A DNA stretch of 50,300 bases from Vicinamibacteria bacterium (GCA_036556965.1 DATBIO010000144.1:1-50300), one strand, 5' to 3'; positions 20,307 through 28,979 are shown, counted from the first letter of the stretch. Numbers and translations are program-made. Notes: a model not told the origin generated them from the letters alone.

Positions 20307-20339
20307 GTGGCGCCCCCCGGCGTCGGGAGGCTGGCCTAG

Positions 20340-21164
20340 ATGCATCCCCGCATCTTCACCGTCCCGGAGTTCGACCTCTTCGGGCGCAGCCTCGGGCCGT
20401 TGACCCTGCACAGCTACGGCGTGCTCCTGGCCCTGGCCTTCCTGGCCGGCCTGTGGGTGGCCAGCCGCCAGGCCCGCCGCGCGGGCCTCGACTCGGGGCG
20501 CATCACGGACATGGCGGTGTACGTGCTCATCGCCGGTCTCATCGGGGCCAAGGTCCTGCTCCTGGTGGTGGAGTGGGACTACTACTCCGCCAACACGGGC
20601 GAGCTCCTGTCGCTCTTCCAGAGCGGCGGCGTGTTCTACGGAGGCCTGCTGGGCGCCCTTCCCGTGGCCTGGTGGTACGCGCGCCGGCACCGGCTGGCGG
20701 GGTGGGCCACCGCCGACGTCCTCGCGCCCGGGGTGGCCATCGGCCAGGCCATCGGACGGCTCGGCTGCTTCGCGGCGGGCTGCTGCTACGGCCGTCCCGG
20801 CAGCGCCCCCTGGTGCCTGCCCTTCCGCGACCCCTACGCCGCCCGCACCGTGGGCACGCCCCTCGACGTGCCCCTGCACCCCGTGCAGATCTACGAATCG
20901 CTGGCCTGCTTCGCCATCTTCGGCTTCCTGCTGTGGCTGGCCGGACGCAAGCGGTTCCCGGGCCAGGTCACCCTGGCCTACCTCTCGCTCTACGCCGTGG
21001 TCCGCTTCACCATCGAGTTCTTCCGCGGCGATCCCAACCGCGGCACGGTGCTGGGGGGGGCCCTCTCCACCTCCCAGTTCATCGCGGTCGTGCTCTTCAC
21101 GGCCGCGGCCGTGGCCTACCCCTACCTGAACAAGAAGCAGCCCGCGGTGCCCGCCGCGGCCTGA
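20340..21164 (+). CDS. lgt: Phosphatidylglycerol--prolipoprotein diacylglyceryl transferase
   Basis: 274 aa. N-terminus ...LTLHSYGVLLALAFLAG, then GRLGCFAAGCCYG and PLHPVQIYES, which are typical Lgt blocks. Confidence 0.93.
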   Translation: MHPRIFTVPEFDLFGRSLGPLTLHSYGVLLALAFLAGLWVASRQARRAGLDSGRITDMAVYVLIAGLIGAKVLLLVVEWDYYSANTGELLSLFQSGGVFYGGLLGALPVAWWYARRHRLAGWATADVLAPGVAIGQAIGRLGCFAAGCCYGRPGSAPWCLPFRDPYAARTVGTPLDVPLHPVQIYESLACFAIFGFLLWLAGRKRFPGQVTLAYLSLYAVVRFTIEFFRGDPNRGTVLGGALSTSQFIAVVLFTAAAVAYPYLNKKQPAVPAAA

Positions 21165-21168
21165 GCGC

Positions 21169-22110
21169 GTGCAGGAGGTCGTGCTCGCGGTCCACGCGGA
21201 GGCCGCAGGCCAGAGGCTCGACCGCTGGCTGGCCGGCCGCCTGCCCGCCCTGAGCCGCTCGCGCCTGCAGGCCCTCATCGCGGAGGGCCACGTGACGGTG
21301 GACGGCCGGCCGCGCGCGGCCTCCGCGAAGGTGAAGGCGGGCCAGTCGGTGGCCGTACGCATCCCGCCCCCGGTCGCGGCCACGCCCCAGCCGGAGGACA
21401 TCCCCGTGGCCGTGGTGTACGAGGACGCGCGCCTGCTGGTGGTGGACAAGCCGGCCGGCCTGGCCGTCCACCCGGGAGCGGGGCGCCCTGGGGGGACGCT
21501 GGTCAACGCGCTGCTGCACCGCCAGCGCGACCTCTCCGGCGTGGGAGGCGTGCTCCGGCCCGGCATCGTCCATCGGCTGGACAAGGGCACCTCCGGGCTG
21601 CTGGTGGTGGCCAAGGACGACGACGCGCATCGCGCGCTGGCCCGGCAGTTCGCCGCGCGGAGCGTCGAGAAGGAATACCTGGCCGTGGTGCTGGGCGTGC
21701 CGCGCGCGCGGGCGGGCGTGGTCGAGCTCGCCATCGGCCGCGACCCCGTGCACCGGCGGCGCATGTCCGTGCGCGCCGCGCGCGGCCGCGCGGCGTGCAG
21801 CCGCTGGGAGGTGGTGGAAGCCCTGGAGGGCGCCGCCCTCCTGCGCGTCCGCATCGAGACCGGGCGCACGCACCAGATCCGGGTGCACCTGTCCGCCCTG
21901 GGCCACCCGGTGGCCGGCGACGAGACGTACGGCGGACGCGCCCCCGCCGGACGCGGCCGCGCGCAGGCCGCCCTGGCCGCGCTGGAGCGGCCCGCCCTCC
22001 ACGCGGCCCGCCTCGCCTTCGCCCACCCCGACGACGGGCGGCGCCTGGCCTTCGAGAGCCCCCTGCCCGCCGACCTCGCGCGGCTCGTCGCGGCGCTGCG
22101 CCGCGGCTAG
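21169..22110 (+). CDS. rluD: RluA-family 23S rRNA pseudouridine synthase (RluD-like, S4 domain N-terminal)
   Basis: S4-like N-terminus (GQRLDRWLAGRLPALSRSRLQALIAEGHVTVDG), catalytic HRLDKGTSGLLVVAKD, and GRTHQIRVH. GTG start. Confidence 0.9.
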   Translation: MQEVVLAVHAEAAGQRLDRWLAGRLPALSRSRLQALIAEGHVTVDGRPRAASAKVKAGQSVAVRIPPPVAATPQPEDIPVAVVYEDARLLVVDKPAGLAVHPGAGRPGGTLVNALLHRQRDLSGVGGVLRPGIVHRLDKGTSGLLVVAKDDDAHRALARQFAARSVEKEYLAVVLGVPRARAGVVELAIGRDPVHRRRMSVRAARGRAACSRWEVVEALEGAALLRVRIETGRTHQIRVHLSALGHPVAGDETYGGRAPAGRGRAQAALAALERPALHAARLAFAHPDDGRRLAFESPLPADLARLVAALRRG

Positions 22111-22191
22111 TCGGCCCGACGGGGGCGTCGGGGTGGGCGGACGACCTCCCCGCCGAGGCGTTATGATGCGCCGCCCGACCTGGAGGTGCCG

Positions 22192-23688
22192 ATGTTTCCG
22201 CCCCGCGCCTTCGCCGCCGTGGCCCTCGTGCTGGCCACCGGCATAGCGCCCGCCATGGCCAAGTTCGGCATGAGCAAGACCAAGGTCATCCTGCCGCGGC
22301 ACCGCCCGCCCGAGATCACGCTCCTCGGGGAGACGGTGGCCATCGAGGTCTCCTCGCGCGCGCGCGCGGTGACGGAGAGACACCTGGAAACGCTCCGCGG
22401 CGAGCTGGAGGCGGCGCTGGCGGACGCCGGGTCCTTCCGCCTGGTCGAGAGTGCGGAGGGAGCGGACAACGTCGTCCGCGTCTCCATCGACGACCTGCGC
22501 GCGCACCTGCAGGACACGGTGGAGATGGAGACGCGCTACGTCAAGATCGGCGAGCGCCAGGAGTGGGACGAGAAGAAGCAGAAGACGGTGACCAAGGACG
22601 TGTACGGCAACCGGGACGAGCCCGTCACCGTGCACGTGGCCTCCGGCCACCTCGTGGGGCGCCTGGAGGCCTCCATCCCGGGCGGCATCCGGCGCAGCGT
22701 GGACATCGGCGACACCTACGACCAGCGGTTCCGCGACGGCCAGGGAGGGCGCGAGGCAGCCTCGGAGCCCGCGCTCGAGGACTGGCTGGTGGAGCAGGCC
22801 GCCCGGCGCGCGGTGGCCGTGGTGGCCTTCTCCCCCGACCCCGTCACCGCCCTGCTGGCCGTGGACGGGGAGCTCAAGGACGGCAACCGGATGGCAGAGT
22901 CGGGGCGCTTCCAGGAGGCGCTCGACGAGTGGAGGCGCCGTCCCCTGAAGGGGAACAAGGAGGCGGCGCGCCTGCACAACCTGGGAGTGGCGCACGAGGC
23001 CCTCGCCTACACCTTCCCCATGCACGAGGACGCCCACCGCGAGCACCTGCGCGAGGCCGAGCAGAGCTACCGCAAGGCGGCCGCCCTCGACCCCGGCGAG
23101 AAGTACTTCCGGGAGCCGCTCGAGCGCATCACGGTGAGCCTGGACTACGCGGAAGCCGCCTCCGGCCTGATGGCGGAGCTGGCCGCCTCGCGCGCCGGCC
23201 ACGTCCCGCGCCCGGTCGCGGCCTCTCCCGCCGGCGAGCGAGCGGACGGCACCTGGACGCCATCGCCCCTCCGCAACGGGTCCTTCGAGTCGTCGCTGGC
23301 GGGATGGCGGCTGGAGGGCACGGGGGCGGTGGTGACGGAGGGCCGCCGCGGCCGCGTCCTGGAGCTCAGCGGCGACGCCGCCGCCGCGCGCGCGGCGCAG
23401 ACGCTCGAGCTGTCCTACGACGCCATCGCACCCGGCGTGCTCAACCTCGAGTACCGCGTGGTGGAGGGGGAGCCGCCGCTGCGCCTGGTTCTCCGCTACG
23501 AGGACGTGCGCGGCCGCGAGCGCACGTCCTCCACCGACGTCAGCCTGGGCGAGTCGCCGGCGGGCTGGACGCGCTGGGAGATGGAGCTGGACCGGCTGCG
23601 GCCGGCCCCCGCGCGCCTGCTGGAGCTCGCCCTCGTCGTGCAGGAGGGCCGTGCGCGCTTCGACAACGTGGCCCTGGGCACGCGCTGA
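22192..23688 (+). CDS. Secreted protein: unknown N-domain, TPR-like segment, C-terminal jelly-roll (CBM4/9-like) domain
   Basis: GGAGG lies 5 nt upstream of ATG 22192. Signal peptide MFPPRAFAAVALVLATGIAPAMA. The C-terminus NGSFESSLAGWRLEGTG...ARFDNVAL is typical of carbohydrate-binding-module-like beta-sandwiches. Confidence 0.7.
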   Translation: MFPPRAFAAVALVLATGIAPAMAKFGMSKTKVILPRHRPPEITLLGETVAIEVSSRARAVTERHLETLRGELEAALADAGSFRLVESAEGADNVVRVSIDDLRAHLQDTVEMETRYVKIGERQEWDEKKQKTVTKDVYGNRDEPVTVHVASGHLVGRLEASIPGGIRRSVDIGDTYDQRFRDGQGGREAASEPALEDWLVEQAARRAVAVVAFSPDPVTALLAVDGELKDGNRMAESGRFQEALDEWRRRPLKGNKEAARLHNLGVAHEALAYTFPMHEDAHREHLREAEQSYRKAAALDPGEKYFREPLERITVSLDYAEAASGLMAELAASRAGHVPRPVAASPAGERADGTWTPSPLRNGSFESSLAGWRLEGTGAVVTEGRRGRVLELSGDAAAARAAQTLELSYDAIAPGVLNLEYRVVEGEPPLRLVLRYEDVRGRERTSSTDVSLGESPAGWTRWEMELDRLRPAPARLLELALVVQEGRARFDNVALGTR

Positions 23689-24222
23689 ATGGACCCCCGG
23701 CGCCTGTCGCACCGCCGCGTCTACGACGGCAAGGTGCTGGCCCTCGACGTCGACGAGATCGAGGAAGGGGGCGCGCGCGCCCTGCGCGAGGTCGTGCGCC
23801 ACCGCGGCTCCGTGGGCGTCCTGGCCGTGGACGGCGAGTCGCGGGTGGTCCTCGTGCGCCAGTACCGGTACCCGGTGGGCGAGCGGCTGTGGGAGCTGCC
23901 CGCGGGCCTGATCGAGCCGGGCGAGTCCCCCGAAGGCGCCGCGCGGAGGGAGCTGGAGGAGGAGGTCGGCCTGCGCGCGGCCCGACTGGAGCCGCTCTGC
24001 TCGTTCTACACGACGCCCGGGTTCTGCGACGAGACCATGCACCTGTTCCGCGCCGCCGGCCTCGCCCACGTGGACGCCCGGCCCGACGAGGACGAGTTCC
24101 TGGAGGCGCGCTGGTTCACGCCGGCGGAGGCGCGGGCCCTGCGCGCGCGGGGCGAGGTCAAGGAGGGCAAGACGCTGGTGGCCGTCCTCCTCGAGGAGGC
24201 GCGGGGCACCCATGGCCGCTGA
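23689..24222 (+). CDS. NUDIX hydrolase (ADP-ribose pyrophosphatase-like)
   Basis: Nudix box GLIEPGESPEGAARRELEEEVGL. The ATG directly abuts the upstream TGA. Confidence 0.88.
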   Translation: MDPRRLSHRRVYDGKVLALDVDEIEEGGARALREVVRHRGSVGVLAVDGESRVVLVRQYRYPVGERLWELPAGLIEPGESPEGAARRELEEEVGLRAARLEPLCSFYTTPGFCDETMHLFRAAGLAHVDARPDEDEFLEARWFTPAEARALRARGEVKEGKTLVAVLLEEARGTHGR

Positions 24223-24769
24223 CCGCCAGGCGCCGCGGCGGGTCCTGCCCTACGTCCGCAGCGCGGTGCTGGAGACGGAGGAGCGGGCGCACATCGTGAC
24301 CCTCACCGACCTCAGCCTGAGCGGCGCCTTCCTGGCCACGCGGGTGGCCCTGGAGCCCGACCAGTCCCTCCGCCTGCGCGTGATCCTGCCGGGGGCCAGC
24401 CGCGAGTCCCTCATCCCCTGCCGGTTCGTGCGCTGGGGCGCGGCGCAGACCGGCCCCGAGGACTCGCCGCGCCGCTTCGGGCTCGGGGTGCGCTTCGAGC
24501 AGATGGAGGACTCCGACCGGCGCCTGCTCGAAGAGTTCGCCGCGCGCGCCCGGGAGGGAGAGGCCACGCCCGAGCCCGCGGCCGACGCTCCGCCCTCCGG
24601 CCTGGAGCCCTTCGGCGGGACCCGGTCCGACCGCTTCGAGTACCAGGTGCTCGAGCGCGCCTCGGTGGACGCGGCCGAGCTGAACCGGCTGGGCGAGGAC
24701 GGGTGGGTCCTGGCCGCGGCGCTCCCCCACGTCGAGGGCGTTCAGCTCGTCTTCCTCCGCCAGCGCTGA
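24212..24769 (+). CDS. PilZ-domain protein with a C-terminal DUF4177-like module
   Basis: PilZ D/NxSxxG element DLSLSGAFL. The upstream Arg-rich element PRRVLPYVR is not a clean RxxxR. The C-terminus FEYQVLERASVDAAELNRLGEDGWVLAAAL is DUF4177-like. The start overlaps the Nudix gene by 11 nt. Confidence 0.75.
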   Translation: MAADRQAPRRVLPYVRSAVLETEERAHIVTLTDLSLSGAFLATRVALEPDQSLRLRVILPGASRESLIPCRFVRWGAAQTGPEDSPRRFGLGVRFEQMEDSDRRLLEEFAARAREGEATPEPAADAPPSGLEPFGGTRSDRFEYQVLERASVDAAELNRLGEDGWVLAAALPHVEGVQLVFLRQR

Positions 24770-24772
24770 GCC

Positions 24773-26500
24773 TCAGCGCACGGCCAGCGTCTGGTCGAAG
24801 TGCGCGTCCAGGGGGAACGGGTCGCCGCTCGTGAGCGGGCGGCCGTCCAGGGCCAGCTCCGGGCGGGACGCGAAGCGGACCGCCTCCACCCCCACGGCCA
24901 GGCCCAGGAGGACGACGGCCAGCCGCGGGCGCACGCGCGCCGCCAGCGGCGCGGCGGCCTGGGCGACGAGCACGGCCACCGCCGGGATGGCGGAGGCACC
25001 CAGGCGGGCGTAGCCGAAGAACGCCGCGGCGGCCACCGCCTTGGTGGCGAGGAAGAGGGCCCAGGCCCACACCTCCGGGCGGCGGCGTCCCCGCCACAGC
25101 CCCGCCAGGCAGGCGCCGAGGACCAGGAGCCGCCAGCCCGTCGCGGCCGCGCCCCGGGGAACGACGAGGTCCACGGTGTGGCGCGTGCCGGAGAGGCCCA
25201 GGGGCAGCCCGTAGCCGCCGAGGCCGAGGGCTGCTCCCGACCAGAAGCGCGCGAGCTTGCGGCCCAGCAGCGCCAGCGCGCCGCGCGGCGCGCTCCGCAT
25301 CCAGGCAAGGCCGCGCGCGTAGCCGTGGTTGACCAGCGCGAGGTGCGGAGGGTAGACGAGGGACAGGTCGGGCGGCGGCAGCCCCCCCACCAGGACCGGG
25401 GGAAAGTCACCGCGCAGCGGCGGGGGCTCCTCGATGAGGCCGCGGTCGAAGCCGCCCTGGGCGCGGCCGTGGTTGGCCAGCGCGAAGTTCAGCGGGCCGT
25501 AGAGGGCCACGAAGGGACGGGTGCCCAGCGGGCGCGGCGTGTAGCCGAACGCCTCCTCGAGGATCGCGCAGTCCTCCGCGCGTACGACGCGCCCGCCCCG
25601 GTGGGCCACGGTGGCGGCCACGAAGGCGGCCGCGGTCCGGCGCGCGAAGGCGGGCAGCGCCTGCCGGCACGCTTCCGCCCCGGGCTCCCAGGCCAGGGAC
25701 GCCAGCCGCGTCTCCACCGCCTCCACCACCGGCGCCTCGCGCGCCGGCGCAGCGCGATTGAAGGCGCGCAGGGCCGCCCAGGCGTGGAGGTGCCAGGGCA
25801 GGAGCACGGCCAGGAAGCCGGCGGCCGCGAGCGCGGCCGGGCGCCCCCGCGCCGGGCCGCGCCGCTTCCCCCCGAGGAGGAGCAGGGCGGAGGCGGCGAG
25901 CGCGAAGAGGACGTGCTCGGCGCGGAAGAGGCAGGCCAGCGCGTTGAGGCCGCCGAAGGCCAGCATGCGCCCCGGCGCCGGCCGATCGCGGGCCAGCGCG
26001 AAGAGCCAGAGCACGCCCACCGCCAGCACGAGGTAGGGGGTCTCGTTGTTCAGCGACGTGGAGAGGATGAGCAGGCCGGTGGAGGCCGCGGCCAGGCCGC
26101 CCGCGGCCGCCGCCACCGGCGTCCCCAGGGAGCGCGTGGCCGCGGCGTAGACGCCCGGCGCGACCAGCGCGCCCAGGACGCACCAGGCCAGCTTCAGCAG
26201 GACCACGCGGCCGAGGCCGAGGGCGGAGAGCGCCGCGAGCAGGTAGGCGGCGCCCGGCGGCCGGAAGGGCAGGCCGAGCTCGTAGTCCCGGCCGTCGGCG
26301 AGGGACTGGGCATAGGCGAGCCAGACGGCCGCGTCGCCCTTGAGCGCCGCGCTGTGCGGCCACGGCGCGTCGGCCGTCGCCTGCCAGAAGAGAAGGCGCA
26401 GGGCCAGCGCCGCCGCGAAGAGGAGGGCGGCCGTGCGCGGCCGCGGCGCGGGCGGCGCCGGCGGGGGGGGCTGCGCGCGCGAGCGGCGGGCCCCGCTCAC
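24773..26500 (-). CDS. GT-C fold glycosyltransferase (family 39/83, ArnT/PMT-like), polytopic membrane protein
   Basis: 575 aa with many TM helices. The first loop ...GDAAVWLAYAQSLADGRDYELGLPFRPPGAAYLL resembles the ArnT/PMT acidic-loop region. The GTG start sits in a GTGA overlap with the upstream gene. Confidence 0.72.
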   Translation of the reverse strand: MSGARRSRAQPPPPAPPAPRPRTAALLFAAALALRLLFWQATADAPWPHSAALKGDAAVWLAYAQSLADGRDYELGLPFRPPGAAYLLAALSALGLGRVVLLKLAWCVLGALVAPGVYAAATRSLGTPVAAAAGGLAAASTGLLILSTSLNNETPYLVLAVGVLWLFALARDRPAPGRMLAFGGLNALACLFRAEHVLFALAASALLLLGGKRRGPARGRPAALAAAGFLAVLLPWHLHAWAALRAFNRAAPAREAPVVEAVETRLASLAWEPGAEACRQALPAFARRTAAAFVAATVAHRGGRVVRAEDCAILEEAFGYTPRPLGTRPFVALYGPLNFALANHGRAQGGFDRGLIEEPPPLRGDFPPVLVGGLPPPDLSLVYPPHLALVNHGYARGLAWMRSAPRGALALLGRKLARFWSGAALGLGGYGLPLGLSGTRHTVDLVVPRGAAATGWRLLVLGACLAGLWRGRRRPEVWAWALFLATKAVAAAAFFGYARLGASAIPAVAVLVAQAAAPLAARVRPRLAVVLLGLAVGVEAVRFASRPELALDGRPLTSGDPFPLDAHFDQTLAVR

Positions 26501-26820
26501 AGCGGCCGGCGCAGGGACAGCCAGATCATGCCCGGCACGGCGAGGCCGAGGAGGAGGGCGGCCAGCGTGCGCAGCATGTCGTCGATGCCCACCCCCCGCT
26601 CGAGCCGCCGCGAGAAGGGCGGGGCGGCGGTCTCACGCAGGCCGCGGGCGATCCAGCCGTGGCACACCCAGGCGTGCATGGCCTCGATGGGGAGCACCAC
26701 GAAGGCCACCACGCCGAGCTTGAGGGAGAGCCAGCCCGGATGGCCGATGCCCCAGCCGCGCGCCGCCATCAGCGCCGCCCCCGTGAGCAGGATGGCCACC
26801 AGGGCGGCGTGCTCGGCCAC
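26497..26820 (-). CDS. Small polytopic membrane protein; probably longer at the 5' end (to about 26988)
   Basis: The track ORF starts at GTG 26820, but the frame stays open and coding-like up to 27012. That stretch has 51 of 57 third positions G/C and encodes a further hydrophobic helix, LGSAALLALRAAHLVSLAAWLATAL. The only start-like codon there is CTG 26988. Confidence 0.6.
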   Translation of the reverse strand: MAEHAALVAILLTGAALMAARGWGIGHPGWLSLKLGVVAFVVLPIEAMHAWVCHGWIARGLRETAAPPFSRRLERGVGIDDMLRTLAALLLGLAVPGMIWLSLRRPL

Positions 26821-26995
26821 CAGCCAGGGCCGCGCCCGGCGGCGCGCTTCCAGCTCGCCCGCCGGTCCCCGGCGACGCGCGGCGAGCAGGCGCGCCTGCG
26901 TGGTCAGGGCCGTGGCCAGCCAGGCGGCCAGGGAGACGAGGTGGGCGGCGCGGAGGGCGAGAAGGGCGGCGGAACCTAGCGTGGCCAGGCGCGGC

Positions 26996-27217
26996 TCAGG
27001 TGCGCTCTTCCATCACCACGACGTGGCGCACGTTGGCCCAGGGCACCAGGAGCTGGCTGACCACCAGCTCCACGTTGCCGCCCTCCGACACCGTGCGCTG
27101 GACCTCGAAGACGAGGCCGATGGCGTCCGCGGAGAGCACGGTACAGCCGGTGTAGACCACGTCGCGGGTGGCCACTTCCTTCAGCTTGACGCCCACCCAG
27201 GCCGATTTCTCCATCAT
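26996..27217 (-). CDS. Small soluble hypothetical protein (73 aa)
   Basis: MMEKSAWVGVKLKEVATRDVVYTGCTVLSADAIGLVFEVQR... has real-protein composition. The start lies 4 nt after the ino1 stop and is preceded by GAGG. I recognise no family. Confidence 0.6.
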   Translation of the reverse strand: MMEKSAWVGVKLKEVATRDVVYTGCTVLSADAIGLVFEVQRTVSEGGNVELVVSQLLVPWANVRHVVVMEERT

Positions 27218-27221
27218 GACC

Positions 27222-28547
27222 TCAGTCGTAGTACTCCAGCCCCAGGTGCGTGATCAGGTCCTCGCCCTTCAGGTGGCGCAGCGTGTTCTTGAGCTTCATG
27301 AGCTGGATGAAGAGGTCGTGCTCGGGGTAGAGGCCGGCCGCGGTCATGGGGCTCTTGAAGTAGAAGGAGAGCCACTCCTGGATCCCGCTCATGCCCGCGC
27401 GCGCGGCGAGGTCGAAGAAGAGGGCGAGGTCGAGAACGATGGGCGCGGCCAGGATGGAGTCCCGGCAGAGGAAGTCCACCTTGATCTGCATGGGATAGCC
27501 CATCCACCCGAAGATGTCGATGTTGTCCCAGCCCTCCTTGTTGTCGCCCCGCGGCGGGTAGTAGTTGATGCGCACGACGTGGTGGATCTTCCCGTAGAGG
27601 TCGGGGTAGAGGTGCGGCTGCAGGATGTGCTCGAGCACGCCGAGCTTCGAGACCTCCTTGGTCTTGAAGGACTCCGGGTCGTCCAGCACCTCGCCGTCGC
27701 GGTTTCCCAGGATGTTGGTGGAGTACCAGCCCTCCAGGCCGAGCAGGCGCGCCTTGAAGCCCGGGGCCAGGATCGTCTTCATCAGCGTCTGGCCCGTCTT
27801 GAAGTCCTTGCCCCCGATGGGGGAACCGCTCTTCCGGCTGAGCTCGATCAGGGCCGGCACGTCCGCGGACAGGTTGGGGGCGCCGTTGGCGTACGGCACG
27901 CCCGCCTTGATGGCGGCATAGGCGTACAGCATGGAGGGCGGGATGTCGGGGTGGTTGTCGAGGAGGCCCTTCTCGAACTTCTCGAGGGTGGAGTGGACCT
28001 CCCCCGCCTCCTTGTAGATCTCGGTGGAGCCGCACCAGACCATGACCAGCCGGCTCAGGCCGTGGTCGCGCTTGAAGCGCTCCATGTCGTCGGACAGCTG
28101 GTCGGCCAGCTCGCGCTTGTTCCTCCCCTTCTTCACGTTCTCGCCGTGCAGCTTCTTGACGTAGGCGGGGTCGAAGACGGCAGGCCAGGGCTTCACCGTC
28201 TCCAGGAAGGGCTTCAGCTCCGTCAGGTGCTGGGCGCTCAGGACGCCCGCCTTGCGCGCGGCCTCGTAGGCGTTGTCCGTGTAGATGTCCCAGCCGCCGA
28301 ACACGACGTCGTCCAGGGCGGCCAGGGGCACGAAGTCGGCGATGCGGGGGTTGCGGCCCTCCGTGCGCTTGCCGAGCCGAACCGTGCCCATCTGGGTGAG
28401 GCTCCCGATGGGCCGCGACAACCCGGTCCGGATGGCGTGCACGCCCGCCACGAAGGTGGTGGCCACCGCCCCCATGCCGGGCAGCAGCACGCCCAGCTTC
28501 CCCTCGGGAGCGGTGATGGCGCGCCCGCGCCCGGTGGTGGTCGACAT
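27222..28547 (-). CDS. ino1: myo-Inositol-1-phosphate synthase
   Basis: 441 aa. Motifs: LLPGMGAVATTFVAG (NAD site), GWDIY, VMVWCGSTE, GWYSTNILGNRDG, YYPPRGDNKEGWDNIDIFGWMGYPMQIKVDFLCRDSILAAP, matching the archaeal/bacterial MIPS family. Strong SD GAGGAGGAAG lies upstream. Confidence 0.93.
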   Translation of the reverse strand: MSTTTGRGRAITAPEGKLGVLLPGMGAVATTFVAGVHAIRTGLSRPIGSLTQMGTVRLGKRTEGRNPRIADFVPLAALDDVVFGGWDIYTDNAYEAARKAGVLSAQHLTELKPFLETVKPWPAVFDPAYVKKLHGENVKKGRNKRELADQLSDDMERFKRDHGLSRLVMVWCGSTEIYKEAGEVHSTLEKFEKGLLDNHPDIPPSMLYAYAAIKAGVPYANGAPNLSADVPALIELSRKSGSPIGGKDFKTGQTLMKTILAPGFKARLLGLEGWYSTNILGNRDGEVLDDPESFKTKEVSKLGVLEHILQPHLYPDLYGKIHHVVRINYYPPRGDNKEGWDNIDIFGWMGYPMQIKVDFLCRDSILAAPIVLDLALFFDLAARAGMSGIQEWLSFYFKSPMTAAGLYPEHDLFIQLMKLKNTLRHLKGEDLITHLGLEYYD

Positions 28548-28628
28548 GCCCGGCTTCCTCCTCTGACTGCGTTTGCGCGGCGGCGAAAACGCGATGCTAG
28601 CACAGGGCCGGGGCCGCGCCGCGCCCGA

Positions 28629-28850
28629 TCAGGCGGTGGCGACGCGGCCGGCTTGCGACAGGAACTCGAGGGCGGCGGAGGTGAGCGCCTGGTCGTGGCG
28701 GGGTCCCACGAACCGCCTCTCGGACACGTGGTAGTGCAGGATCCCCGACCGCGGCAGGTTCTCCTCGGTGTCGAACGAGTAGAACATCAGGATCCGCTCG
28801 TCCGGCATGGGGCGGCTGTCGTCGAAGAAGCGAAAGGTGAGGTTGCGCAT
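28629..28850 (-). CDS. Hypothetical small protein
   Basis: MRNLTFRFFDDSRPMPDERILMFYSFDTEENLPRSGILHYHVSERRFVGP... has non-shadow composition. I prefer ATG 28850 to the track start 28898. I recognise no family. Confidence 0.5.
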   Translation of the reverse strand: MRNLTFRFFDDSRPMPDERILMFYSFDTEENLPRSGILHYHVSERRFVGPRHDQALTSAALEFLSQAGRVATA

Positions 28851-28979
28851 CCAAGTCGTGGGGGCACGAATGTATTGGGCCCGCGCGCGCCGTGTCAAGA
28901 GAGATTTCGTCGCGCCGCTGGCGGGCGCAGCGCGATGTGTCCTCTCGACGTAGCTCTAGGAGCCGTTTCTACGCGGTGG

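Noticed and set aside
19212-24213. Minus-strand ORFs 19212..21869 (885 aa) and 21097..24213 (1038 aa)
   Set aside because: They are antisense to lspA, lgt, rluD, the secreted protein and the Nudix gene. They have Arg/Gly/Pro-rich composition and no recognisable domains.
28548-28631. The TGA stop of the 28629-28850 ORF is in frame with the ino1 ATG 27 codons downstream, raising the idea of Sec read-through now that selC is present
   Set aside because: ino1 has its own strong SD (GAGGAGGAAG) and a complete MIPS N-terminus. A -10-like TGcTAGCAT box sits in the gap. I see no convincing SECIS-type hairpin right after the TGA. An in-frame relationship arises by chance one time in three.
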